Positions 42,678 to 54,045 of a DNA stretch of 64,000 bases are shown piece after piece. Position 1 is the first letter of the stretch, and each line of letters opens with the position of its first letter. The position numbers were made by a program, and so were the translations under genes. Origin of the DNA: Epithemia pelagica (lineage: Eukaryota; Protista; Bacillariophyta); contig OX337230.1 in the NCBI GenBank assembly GCA_946965045.2, forward strand, positions 248,001 to 312,000. Reading direction: 5' to 3'. Below the pieces are notes generated by a model, which was given only the letters and a program-made list of their open reading frames with translations, made no database searches and was not told the DNA's origin.

Positions 42678-43800
42678 ATGTCCGATACAAGCAACAGCAA
42701 CAACAGCTCCATCATTTCCGCACAAGCTCTGGCCATTGTCAAGGCTACTGCTCCGTTGGTAAAGGAACATGCCACGGCCATTACCTCCGTCTTTTATCCC
42801 AAAATGCTGGGCCGTCATCCCGAATTGTATCGCTACTTTAACGAAAGCAATCAAGTCTCATCTCCGCAAAAACCAATGGCGTCATCTAATGGTTCATGTC
42901 CATTTCATCAACCGTCGTCAGCACCACCCAAACTAAGCAAGCAGTCTCAACAGGCCAAGACATTGGCCGATGCTGTCGTCGCCTGTAAGTCATGGTGTAC
43001 AAAACAAAAAATCTGAAATGGATTCCTGTTCTGACACACACCTCTCGACTTTTTTGACATCTCAGATGCCCTTAATATTGAGCACTTGGAACACTTGACG
43101 GAAACTGTAATTCGAATCTGTCACAAGCATTGTGCCTTGGGCATTCAGCCCGAGGATTATCAAATTGTCCATGACAATCTTCTTGAAGCCATTGGAGAAG
43201 TCTTGGGAGACGCCGTGACTCCTGCTGTCGCTGCGGCGTGGAGTGAAGCCGTCATGGCCTTGGCCAAGCTCTTTATCGAAAAGGAAGCCCAACTGTACGA
43301 CCAGGCGGCCCTGAAACAGTGGACGGGACCCCGTGACTTTGTCATTACTGACATTATCCAAGAATCGGCCGACATCAAATCTTTTCGCATGGTTCCCAGT
43401 GATGGCCAAGGCACTTGTCCGTTCCAACCTGGTCAATACATTAGCATTTTTGAAAAGCCCGAGGGCAAGCAATACTTTGCGCCTCGTCACTATACCTTGA
43501 CCAGTCAACCGGGCGACGATTATTACCAAGTCTCGATCAAAAAGGTTGCCACCACAAATGCTCAACATCCACCAGGCATCATGAGCAACTATATGCATTC
43601 CAAACAAGTGGGCGATACGGTACAATTGGACCTGTTTTTGGCCCAGTTCCCTTGCAGCAAGGTTCTTCTGATCGCGTTGCGTGCTTTGTTTTGGTGGGCG
43701 TGGGCATTACACCCACCGTTGCGGTATTGCCGACTGCCTTGAAGGAACGACCGAATGTGGCCGTCTTTCATGCCGATACATGGTCGGCGGAAGAGGAAGC
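42678..43800 (+). pseudogene. hmp: Flavohemoglobin-like gene, copy 1 (intron 42985-43065; frameshift near 43628; 3' truncated)
   Basis: Globin VKATAPLVKEH..ITSVFY..HPELYRYFN, RICHKHCAL, AAWSEA; FAD domain FQPGQYISI, PRHYTLTS; GT-AG intron restores AYALNIEHL. Confidence 0.85.
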
Positions 43801-44170
43801 GATGCGAATGCGAGTTTGCTAGGAGTATTAACTTTACGTAGTCATAGTTTCACCTACCTAAGATTGTAGCCCGTGACTCGTGACCGTGGACGGGTTTCGG
43901 ACATGACACGCCGGCATATCACGACCGTCTCACCGAGAGTATCCCTGTGTTGCTAAGTATTTGCGATGCGGGCAGGTCTAGTTAGAAAGAATTTGGTCCT
44001 CATCGCGCATTCCTCGTCGGAAAACTTGTCTATGGACTATGGACGAACTTTGGTCACGATTCACGGCGCAGGTCGATCCTGCGGCGCGAAGAGAAGCAAC
44101 GCGCCCCGGACGGATGCAACAACAAACACAACAAAAGAGAAAGGGACAGCATACAGGCATACAATCTATC

Positions 44171-45387
44171 ATGACTCTACGAAAGAGATTCTTGTCGTCA
44201 TGGTGTAGACGCCAGTCCTTGTCTAGTGTCTTGCTCTTTCTTTCGGGCTGGTCCGCTCATCACATGACTCGATTGCTCGAATGGACGGACCACTTTCAAC
44301 CCGAGTTTTGGAAAGACGATGCACTCATTCGCGTCGCATTGACTCAAAGTCTGCACCCAGAACAGAACATGTCCTTGTCCTCCACAGATGGATTTAAAAT
44401 GGGCTGGGTCAAGACGAGTAAATCCGCCTGATTCACATCCAATACATGCCACTTCGCCACATCTCAGGTTTCCAGTCACCACTACTAGTGTTTTGCTGCC
44501 CCCCACGGTGGGTTCCGGTCAAGATTGAGCATCCTCCAACCGTTGGAGGCAACAAAACACTGGTGGTGGTGACTGGAAACCTGAGATGCGGAGAATTGGC
44601 CTGGAAGACCTTGTACGAAAATGTATTGGATGTGAATCAGGCGGATTTACTTGTCTTGACACAGCCCGTTCAAAATCAGATCGCCTATCCAGATCCTAGT
44701 ATCCTTCATCGTGCACGCTATGTATGGACTGTACCCATGTACAACGATTGGGCTGATGCTGTGGATTTGATGAATATCACGGAATGGCGCAAGCAGGTTA
44801 TGCCTCATACCGTTTCAATTTCAGAACAAAACAACATGTTGGGGGGAATTGGGAATGTTTCGGGGAGCAATGTCATTTTGGGCATGTACAAATGGTTTCT
44901 CATCCAGCTGATTGAAAAACACGGACTGCACGAACGCTACGACCAATTTCTCATTACTCGCAACGATCATTACTATTCGTGTCCCTACAAAATTACTAAT
45001 TTACGCCGTGACCATCTCTGGGTCCCACGAGGTCAAGATTGGTTTGGTATTTCCGATCGGTTGTACGTGGTGGGAGCCCAACATGTATTGAGCAGTCTCA
45101 ATATACTCTATCCCATTTTGGCCAACGTTTCACACTATGCCTGGCTCTACAATCGATCGTTTGCCAATTCGGAATTTGTCTTGAAGACAAGATGGGAGGA
45201 AAATGGTTTACGTGTGGCACGGACCCCTCGCGTCATGTTTACCTGTGCGCAAGAGGGTGATACCAGTCGGTGGGGGCAACCCAAAGAGCTGGTCCCCGAA
45301 GGAGTGCGACTCAAGTATCCAAGAGAGTATCATATGGCACACCGTGTTTGTGCCAGGCAAAAACCACAAGCACAACGGCAAAAGTAG
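44171..45387 (+). pseudogene. Glycosyltransferase-like copy 2, interrupted by an inverted insert
   Basis: N-terminus MTLRKRFLSSW at 44171 and catalytic region 44446-45387 highly similar to copy 1; inverted fragment at about 44383-44500 introduces a stop at 44429-44431. Confidence 0.8.
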
Positions 45388-45828
45388 TGGCGGTAAACGA
45401 GATTCCACTCTCGGGAGATGAAACACAAGACAGGAAATGGATTCTTATCGCGTACATCCTCAAACGTTGACTCAGCATCCAAAACTTTTTGCGAGACTTC
45501 CGAATAGTAAGCCATTGTTGGTTCATGATCCTCATCGTTATCTAGATGCAGAACAGATGACGCAACTTTATGTTGTCGAGCCATGTTGGTCGCTCCATCA
45601 TATAACTTCAGATTAGGCCAATCTTTCACTTGGTAATGAGACTCGTTTCTGTTGCATCAAAACGCGACACTTTCCATTGTTTTGCTTGTCCACTGAAAAC
45701 AAACAAGTGCCTTGTCCACGTAGGTTAAGGAGAAAAAGACAAATCATCATTACACAAAACAAATTTTATACAACTATACTTCATCAAATTATCTTTTAAT
45801 GCAACACTTTTCTGGTACGTGTTCTGCC

Positions 45829-47385
45829 CTAGACACGACGTTTACTTGATACAGAGACTCGTTTTTGTTGCATTGTCAGGAATGGGCAGACCAAAGACGA
45901 TGACTTATCGTTCATGGCACCGGACAGGCTCTCTGTAGTGTCTCCATTTTGCTGTTCTTGTTCATCCTCTTCGGGAACACTGACAAACGGGCCAAAGTAC
46001 TCGAGATGAAGACACGACTTGGCCACCCCAGCCGCCAAGAGTTGCTTGTACAAGAGTGGAGAAGCCACGTTGCCTGCACAAATGTAATAGTCGACGGCAT
46101 TGCGATAGTCAATCTGTGCCTTCTCCAGTGTCTCGACAATCTTGGTTCCAGTCAAACGACCCTCTGTCACATAGGGAGATGATACACACTGCTTAGATGG
46201 ATGCGAATAGGACACATTCAAGATTGCAGCATCCCATGCAAGTGTTTCTTCCAACGTTTGACGAAAGGCAAAGGTTTCCGATGAGGTATCGGCATGAAAG
46301 ACGGCCACATTCGGTCGTTCCTTCAAGGCCGTCGGCAATACCGCAACGGTAGGTGTGATACAGACTCCGACGGATACAAAGCACGCAACACGATGCGCAG
46401 ACCCTTGTTGCAAGGGAACTGGACCAAACACGGGGCCCAATTGTACCGTATAGCCCACTTGCTTGGAATGCATATAGTTGCTCCTGATCCCTGGATGCTC
46501 ATTATTGGCGGCGACCTTTTTGATCGAGACTTGGTAGCAGTCATCGCCCGGTTGACTGGTCAAGGTAAAATGACGAGGCGCAAAGTACTGTTTGCCCTCG
46601 GGCTTTTCAAAGATGCTAATGTATTGACCGGATTGAAACGGACAGGCACCCTTCCCATCTCTGGGAACCATGCGAAAAGACTTGATCTCGGTCGATTCTT
46701 GGATAATGTCAGTAATGACAAAGTCACGTGGGCCCGTCCACTGTTCCTGAGCCGCCTGGTTGTAGAGTTGGGCTTCTTTTTCGATAAAGAGCTTGACCAA
46801 GGCCATGACGGCTTCACTCCACGCCGCAGCGACTGCGGGAGTAACGGCGTCTCCCAAGACTTGTCCAATGGCCTCCAACAAATTGTCATGGACAATTTGA
46901 TAATCCTCGGGCTGAATGCCCAGGGCACAATGCTTGTGACAAATTCAAATCACAGTTTCCGTCAAGTGTTCCAAGTGCTCAATGTTGAGGGCATCTGAGA
47001 TAAAAGCAGTCAAGAGGTGTGTGTCAGAAACGGAATCCGTATCGGAAACCTCGGTGTTGTACACCATGACTAACATGCAACGACAGCATCGGCCAATGTC
47101 TTGGCCTGTTGAGACGGCTTGCTCAGTTTGGGTGGTGCTGCCGACGGTTGATGAAATGGACATGACGAGCCAGCCATTGGTGATGCAACTGGTTGTTGTT
47201 GCTGCTGCTGTGACGAAGAGACTTGATTGCTTTCGTTAAAGTAGCGATACAATTCGGGATGACGGCCCAGCATTTTGGGATAAAAGACGGAGGTAATGGC
47301 CGTGGCATGTTCCTTGACCAACGGAGCAGTAGCTTTCACAATGGCCAGAGCTTGTGCGGAAATGATGGAGCTGCTGTTTGGACAT
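45829..47385 (-). pseudogene. hmp: Flavohemoglobin-like gene, copy 2 (intron 46995-47074; ATG out of frame; CGA>TGA at 46945-46947)
   Basis: Complete globin-FAD-NAD span including SVGVCITP and YYICAG..EYFGP; in-frame TGA in TVI*ICHKH. Confidence 0.85.
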
Positions 47386-48143
47386 GGTCGATGAAGACAC
47401 TCGTGAGATATTGGTTTGGTGGTTGCTGGTGTTATTGATGAGAGTTTGATTTTATGAGCTCATGACATGGCTTGGCATTCTTCATCATGTTGTTGTCTGT
47501 GCAGTTTGTTTCGGGCAATGGGAGGAGGTTGAAACTCCGGAGGTTTTGTGTGCCTCTTGTTTTGTGGTCCATGAGGAACATGAAAGTGTGGCACGTTCCA
47601 ATCCATCTTGGCGGCAATGAGTTGCTAGTGTCGTTTGGGTTGTGTGCAGTCTTTGATCCTCCAAAAGAGCAGCATGGTGGCACAGATCGACCGCAATACA
47701 AAATACAAGGTTCCCGAAGATGTGCCGACTGCGTTGTTCCGTTTGGTTCCGCTTCCGGCACAAATGAATGCAGTATCAGTGGCGGGCGACTGACTGTGGA
47801 ATCGATTTTCCTGCAGGCGCGCGAGCCATGTGAAAGCGCGCGCGTGCATCTCTTTCATTTTATTCGCAGGAGGGTCGCACCATTCAAGATCGAATGTTTT
47901 CGCGTGCAAGAAAGCGAAGCGACAAAACCTTTTGGAAGACAACACAACGACCGGTTCCTTCTTCCATCGTTCATCGCTTCTCATCTACTAGGAAGAACAA
48001 TCTCTGGATCCAGTCTTGCCGGTTTCGTGCAATCGTTATTGTTTGCTGAGGCCACACATCCACAACAAAGCACAAGATGTGTGAAGCTGCTGGTCCATTC
48101 ATTCATCCTGGTCCATTGCATTCTCATCAACCTCATCATTATC

Positions 48144-49799
48144 ATGTCGGAGCTGATTTCCACCATTCTTCAACCTGCCATTTCCAATCCACCCCTTGGT
48201 GTGGTGGTTGTGATGTTGACAACGCTCGCGTTGTTGCTAGTGGGAGGATACTGGATCTTGCTCCATGGCAACCACAAGCACAACAAGAATCGTCCTCCGC
48301 GGTCCCAAACCGGCATGTGGGCAACCTTGTCGCAATTTGCCTCACCTCGTTTGCCGTGGTTCTTTTTGCAACAAGCCGAGGCCGTTGACTTTTGCCCCGT
48401 CTTTCAACTCAACTTGCCCGTCCCTCAAGGCGTCTATGTCGTGACGAATGCGACCGTGGCGCGTCAAATTTTGACGCATCCGAGTAGTGAAAAAACGGGC
48501 AGTTTTGCCAATCATGCCAGTCCCATTTCGGGCAATGTCAATTTATTACGATCCTTGACCCATTCGCATTATTGGAAACAGGTGCGCAAAGGCGTCGCAC
48601 CGGCCTTTTCCTCACGACAAGTGCAGCGCATGAATGCCATTTGTCGCCACATGGTCGAAGACTGGATTGCCACCACCTTGGAACCCTTGGTCGATAGTGG
48701 TGGGACCTTGGATCCGGCTCGGGGAATGACCCGTCTCACGACGCGGGTCATTTGTCAAGCCGCCTTTGAATATACCGCGTCGGACTCCGAAATTTCCAAC
48801 TTTTTGCAGCACATTGAAGTTGCCTTGCGCGAATTTTTGCAAAAACAACAAGGTAACCAATTGCGACGCACGGCCGTGGCCAAGTGGCTCGTCCCCTCGG
48901 TTCAACAAGCGCATGCGTCGGCGCAAGCCATTCGTGCCTTTGCCCAAACCATGCTCAATGCCTATCGCCGGAACCATCCCAATGACGACTATACCGGGGA
49001 TCCCCAGTGTCATTCCGTCATGCGATTGCTCGTGGAAACCCTTGACTTGTCGGAACCGGATCGCATTGGAGAAATTGTCACCTTTTTGGTCGGTGGATAC
49101 GATACCACGGGCTATACCTTGGGATCGGCCTTGACCTTGGTGGCGCAACATCCCCACGTGGCCACGGAATTGCAAGCTCAATTGCAACAGGCTGAAGCGA
49201 AAGTCATTCAACAACTGGACCACCAGAACAAGAAGCACGACAAGAAGGACGACGAACGGGATGCCAAAATTCGATCGGCCTGGGCGCATTGTGACTATTT
49301 GCACTACGTGATTCGGGAAACCTTTCGTCTCTACCCCGTGGCAGCCTTGGGTGCCACCTTTCGACGATTGGACCATGACTTTGTCGTACCCCTGGAAGAA
49401 CAACCACCACCACAACCACAACCAGACGAAACAACGAAGAAGGACGATTCCTCCACCACGACGACCAGGATGATCATTCCCAAGGGTGCCATGATTGCCA
49501 CACCGCAAATAATCATTCATCGCAATCCCCGCGTCTTTGGACCGACGGCCAATCACTACCAACCCCACCGATGGGCCACGGCGACACCGGACATGGTGCA
49601 CAGTCTCTTGACCTTTTCCATTGGATCCCGCACCTGTGTCGCCCAAGCCTTGGCCACGGCGGAAATTCAATCCGTCCTTCCACGGCTCTTGCGCCATTAT
49701 CGATTTTCCGTCGTGGAACCGGGACAACCGGACTTCTTTTTGAGTCTCAAAATTGCCAATTGCAAACTGTCCGTCAAACGAGTCACGGATGCAGAGTAA
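48144..49799 (+). CDS. Cytochrome P450
   Basis: TM anchor from MSELIST; I-helix VGGYDTTG; ETFR; heme motif FSIGSRTCVA. Confidence 0.93.
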   Translation: MSELISTILQPAISNPPLGVVVVMLTTLALLLVGGYWILLHGNHKHNKNRPPRSQTGMWATLSQFASPRLPWFFLQQAEAVDFCPVFQLNLPVPQGVYVVTNATVARQILTHPSSEKTGSFANHASPISGNVNLLRSLTHSHYWKQVRKGVAPAFSSRQVQRMNAICRHMVEDWIATTLEPLVDSGGTLDPARGMTRLTTRVICQAAFEYTASDSEISNFLQHIEVALREFLQKQQGNQLRRTAVAKWLVPSVQQAHASAQAIRAFAQTMLNAYRRNHPNDDYTGDPQCHSVMRLLVETLDLSEPDRIGEIVTFLVGGYDTTGYTLGSALTLVAQHPHVATELQAQLQQAEAKVIQQLDHQNKKHDKKDDERDAKIRSAWAHCDYLHYVIRETFRLYPVAALGATFRRLDHDFVVPLEEQPPPQPQPDETTKKDDSSTTTTRMIIPKGAMIATPQIIIHRNPRVFGPTANHYQPHRWATATPDMVHSLLTFSIGSRTCVAQALATAEIQSVLPRLLRHYRFSVVEPGQPDFFLSLKIANCKLSVKRVTDAE

Positions 49800-50043
49800 G
49801 AAACACAGACAATGCAGATACCGTCTACTAAGAACAATAGGACCGGTCGGTGAGAGGAGCGGTGACAGATTCCGAGTAGGAACTGTCCTCGTTTCTCTGT
49901 TCCGCACAAGAATTTTGTCAGCGTCGGCTTCAACTATAGGAAGAGAAACTTGACATAGCATGGAATATGAAAATGTTATAAATATGAATAATTCATAAAG
50001 TTTCATTTTTTCCAATGGAAAACAAAATGACTTGTGGTGGCGG

Positions 50044-51241
50044 TTACGCAAGTCGTTTACTGGGCAACGACAGTCGTTTCTGTTGCATCAGGAACGGACA
50101 GACCAAAGTGGACGATTGATCGTTGGTAGCAGTTTCGACCTTGCCATCATTGTCCTCTTTGTCGTCATCATCATCCTTTTCGGGGACACTGACAAAGGGG
50201 CCAAAGTATTCCAAATGCAAACACGACTTGGAAACACCGGCGGCCAAGAGTTGTTTGTACAAGAGCGGCGAAGCCACGTTGCCAGCGCAAATGTAATAGT
50301 CCACGCCATTGCGATAGTCCATCTGCGCCTCCTCCAGTGCCTCAACAATCTTGCTGCCAGTCAAGCGACCCTCGGTGATATAGGGAGAGGATGCACACTG
50401 TTTGGATGGATGGGAATAGGACACATTGAAATGGCAGCTTCCTCTTCCGGACAAGTACCAACAAACCACGATACTTGTTCCCATGGAAGCATCTCATCCA
50501 ATGTTTGACGAAAGGCAAACGTTTTCGATGATGTATCAGCATGAAAGACGGCCACATTGTGACGCTCTTTCATGGCAGTGGGCAATACGGCAACGGTAGG
50601 TGTAATTCCGACGCCCACCGATACAAAGCAAGCAACGCGATCCGGAGAACCTTGTTGCAAGGGAACTGGGCCAAAGACATGTCCCAATTGAACCGTATCG
50701 CCCACTTGTTTCGAATGCATATAGTTGCTCATGACACCGGGATGCTCATTATTCGCGGCCACCTTTTTGATGGAGACTTGGTAATAGTCATCGCCCGGTT
50801 GACTTGTCAAGGTATAATGACGAGGCGCAAAGTATTGTTTGCCCTCGGGTTTTTCAAAAATGCTAATGTATTGACCGGGCTGAAAGGGACAGGTGCCTTC
50901 GCCATCGCTTGGAGCCATGCGAAAAGACTTGATCTCGGTCGATTCTTGGATAATGTCAGTAATGACAAAGTCACGGGGTCCCGTCCATTGTTCCTGGGCC
51001 GCCTCGTCGTACAGTTGTGCTTCTGTTTCGATAAAGAGCTTGACCAAGGCCATGACGGCTTCACTCCACGCCGCAGCGACAGCAGGAGTGACAGCATCTC
51101 CCAATACTTCTCCAATAGCCTCGAGAAGATTGTCATGGACAATTTGATAGTCTTCGGCCTGGACGCCCAAGGCACAATGCTTGTGACAAATTCGAATCGC
51201 GGCCTCCGTCAAATTTTCCAAGTGTTCAATGTTGAGAGCGT
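50044..51241 (-). pseudogene. hmp: Flavohemoglobin-like gene, copy 3 (exon 2 only; 1-nt frameshift near 50430)
   Basis: Acceptor ccacag then (Y)ALNIEHL..FQPGQY..SVGVGITP; no exon-1 homology seen upstream; frame shifts at gccatttcaat. Confidence 0.8.
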
Positions 51242-52212
51242 CTGTGGAGTTCACACACACACACAAGAATCATTAGGAGATCAACAGTGTGAGAATGATT
51301 TCGAGTTCCTGGTCCGTAAGCTCTTGAGAGAATTCGTTGGGTCTGTTTACTCTATTCATGGCGAGACTTGGAATTGGAATAGCACAATAGCACAGGGACA
51401 GACCGTCCGTCCGTGTCCGTATCAACTATCAACCTCTGTCGAATACAATAGGACGAGTATATCGGGAAACCACGTCCTCTAGCTATAGTCTTCGAAATGA
51501 AACTGGAAATTGCACATGCTTTACTGTTTCATTCACCGAATGATTGTCTTTCTAATTCGAGAGCTCTCCACTTGAACCACTGATGGTGCCCCGGGATCTA
51601 TCTATCTACCTACCTGCCTACCAACCTACCCACCTAGGAGTACTCCTAGTTACACTTGATTTCTCTTTCTCGGTGGAAAGCTTTGGGGTACTTTTCTCCA
51701 ATGGCCACAGTTTTCTCACCGGTACAATCGACTCAGGAACGACATGCGATCATCCCACTCCAGCTCCAGCGGTACGGGTTGTCCGAAAAACGACACTGGC
51801 AAAAACGTCGTGTACCACCCCTTACAGCTTGACCACGCACGTTGGTTTGAAAGACGTTGTGGTGACTGAGTTGGAGGGTCTCGAGAAAAGCAAAGACCTC
51901 GGACTCTCGCCATCTATGCAGCGCCCAGTTTCGTATCGTGTCTTGTGTTATTTCCCCTCTTATTATTCGGTTTGTAGTTTGTAGTAGTTGGCTGGATACT
52001 GTTCGTAGTCTCTATACATGTAGAAGCATTATATATCGAGTCGATTTAGTTTGAGTCTCTAACAAGACATGGGAGACAAGAGTCCAGAACGAAGCATGAC
52101 GGTTCTCCGAAGGTAAGGCCGGCATAAACTCCTTCCTCGAATGAGGATTGGCATTTGCTTCACTTTCTGGTTTCGCCCTGTCGACTCCTCACACTGACAG
52201 TATAGTATACAT

Positions 52213-53193
52213 TTACTCATTGGCTTTCTTGGTGACAACTCGAATGGTTTGTGAAAATCGAGCTTGTCCCTTGGGTGGGAGTAAGGGTTGATGACCAATG
52301 ATACCCGGTTCGACACAGACCATGTCTTGGTATTCGTCCGTTCCGAAATCCGACATGCCGGCCGCCTTGGCGGATCCGGGATTCCACACGACGCAACTCA
52401 CGGGCAACACAACGGCATCGACACTGTCGTGTTCGACGACTTGACCGGCCGCTTCAATGGTCATGGTATCATTGAGTGTCACATGTTCCACGACGGGATG
52501 ATCGTCGGGATGCAAGTAAATGCGATCCACTTCGGGCCCAGCCGTAAAGGCTACCGGTTCATCGTAGGATTGGACCGTGCCAGATTCCAAGGTGACCTTG
52601 TCGGTAATGGAATAGCCACCCAAACCCGTGACTTGGACACCATCCTTGGCCGCATTAATCTTGAAATAGGAATGCAACAAGGCTTGATAGGAGAAGGACG
52701 ATGCTCCTGTATTTTGAATTTCCAAGGTGGTGACCAATTCGTGGGGCAAGACCGTCACATGGTACAGCAATTGACAATCGGTTCCATCCTTGGCCGCTTG
52801 TTCCTTGTTCCAGGGATTGTTTTCGCCACACCCCTTGCTGACATCCTTGCCATAGTCCAGGACAAAGGTGGCCGTTCCACCCAGTTCGGCATCGTCCTTG
52901 GTAGATCCCTCCACGAGACGCCAATAATTGACTCGCGCAAAGCCATGTTGTGGCATGGTGGAAGGACTGGTCGATGGTCCAAATTGTGGAAAACAAATGG
53001 GAATGCCTCCCCGAATGGCCTTGCTGCCATCCCATTTGGTATCCTCCGAGACAAACAAGCGTTCCTTTTGTTGATTGGACAAGCCATCGACAAAAGAAAT
53101 CACAGTCGCACCCAAGGCATGAATCTTGGCCGTCGCACCCGAAGCACTGTGGACCAGGGTGGTAATCTGAGGATCGTTTTCGGGAATCGCCAT
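52213..53193 (-). CDS. Glucose-6-phosphate 1-epimerase (aldose 1-epimerase family)
   Basis: IRGGIPICFPQF, QHGFAR, LHSYF, VDRIY, VVWNP, MVCVEPG. Confidence 0.93.
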   Translation of the reverse strand: MAIPENDPQITTLVHSASGATAKIHALGATVISFVDGLSNQQKERLFVSEDTKWDGSKAIRGGIPICFPQFGPSTSPSTMPQHGFARVNYWRLVEGSTKDDAELGGTATFVLDYGKDVSKGCGENNPWNKEQAAKDGTDCQLLYHVTVLPHELVTTLEIQNTGASSFSYQALLHSYFKINAAKDGVQVTGLGGYSITDKVTLESGTVQSYDEPVAFTAGPEVDRIYLHPDDHPVVEHVTLNDTMTIEAAGQVVEHDSVDAVVLPVSCVVWNPGSAKAAGMSDFGTDEYQDMVCVEPGIIGHQPLLPPKGQARFSQTIRVVTKKANE

Positions 53194-54045
53194 TGTGTCA
53201 AGAGTATGTGTTTTGGTGGAGTGGAAAGACTGCCCAGACAGGTACGTGAGTGCGGAAACAAAGGACAACAACAACAACACGAACGAGAGTTTCGTACCTT
53301 TTTGTTGTTCTTGTGGGTTGTTTTTATGAGAAAGGTCGTCGTTGTTTTGTGGTCTTTTTTGACAAGAGGTCCTTTACAAAAGAGGTCTTCGTTCCAAAAG
53401 GCTTCGCTTTTGGTGCAATGGATGAAGGAGGAGAGAACAGAAAGAAGGCCAAAGAAGGGGTTTCGTGTTTCGTGCCAATCGAAAAACGGAGGGTGAGGAA
53501 GATAAGGGGGCATCTGGGAGGATGAAAGACGGGGTTGAGCGGATTAGTACGGCGCAAAGAGAGGGCATGTCTCAAAAGTGGGGGCAAAGGTTTCCAGTTT
53601 CTCTGCACGACAGGACCATCTGTCGCCGACATGCTACCTTATACTTGTGACCATGGCGCTGGATGAGAACTCGTCGAATCTTTCGCCTTGTGTGTGTTTG
53701 GAGCCGAGTTCGCATCTACGACTGCAACGAATCCAATGATAAACGATCTTTTTTTTGCAGTTTGAAACAAGAGATTCGTTCATTCCCTTGACGGAGCGAA
53801 GATTTACCCTAATCTTAGAGAGCTTTTACTCCTAGCTTCAGGGGTATTTGGTGAATCATCGATATAGTCTGCTTCGACATCCTACCTCCATAGACCCTAC
53901 CCGTAATACCTGGAGAACGGTGGCTTTCCAGTTTCCATATTGCATCGTGAGCCCAATCCTTGTCCCGTCATTCATGTTTGGGATGCCAGACAAAAGCCCT
54001 GGTGTCTTTTCTCTCTCTCTCTGTTTTGTGTTCCAAAGCACACGA

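Noticed and set aside
47472-48143. N-terminal extension of the P450 ORF (and similar GTG/TTG extensions of ABCB, PHD-LRR and the epimerase)
   Set aside because: Non-ATG or non-homologous leaders; the ABC duplicate and TM anchors point to the downstream ATGs
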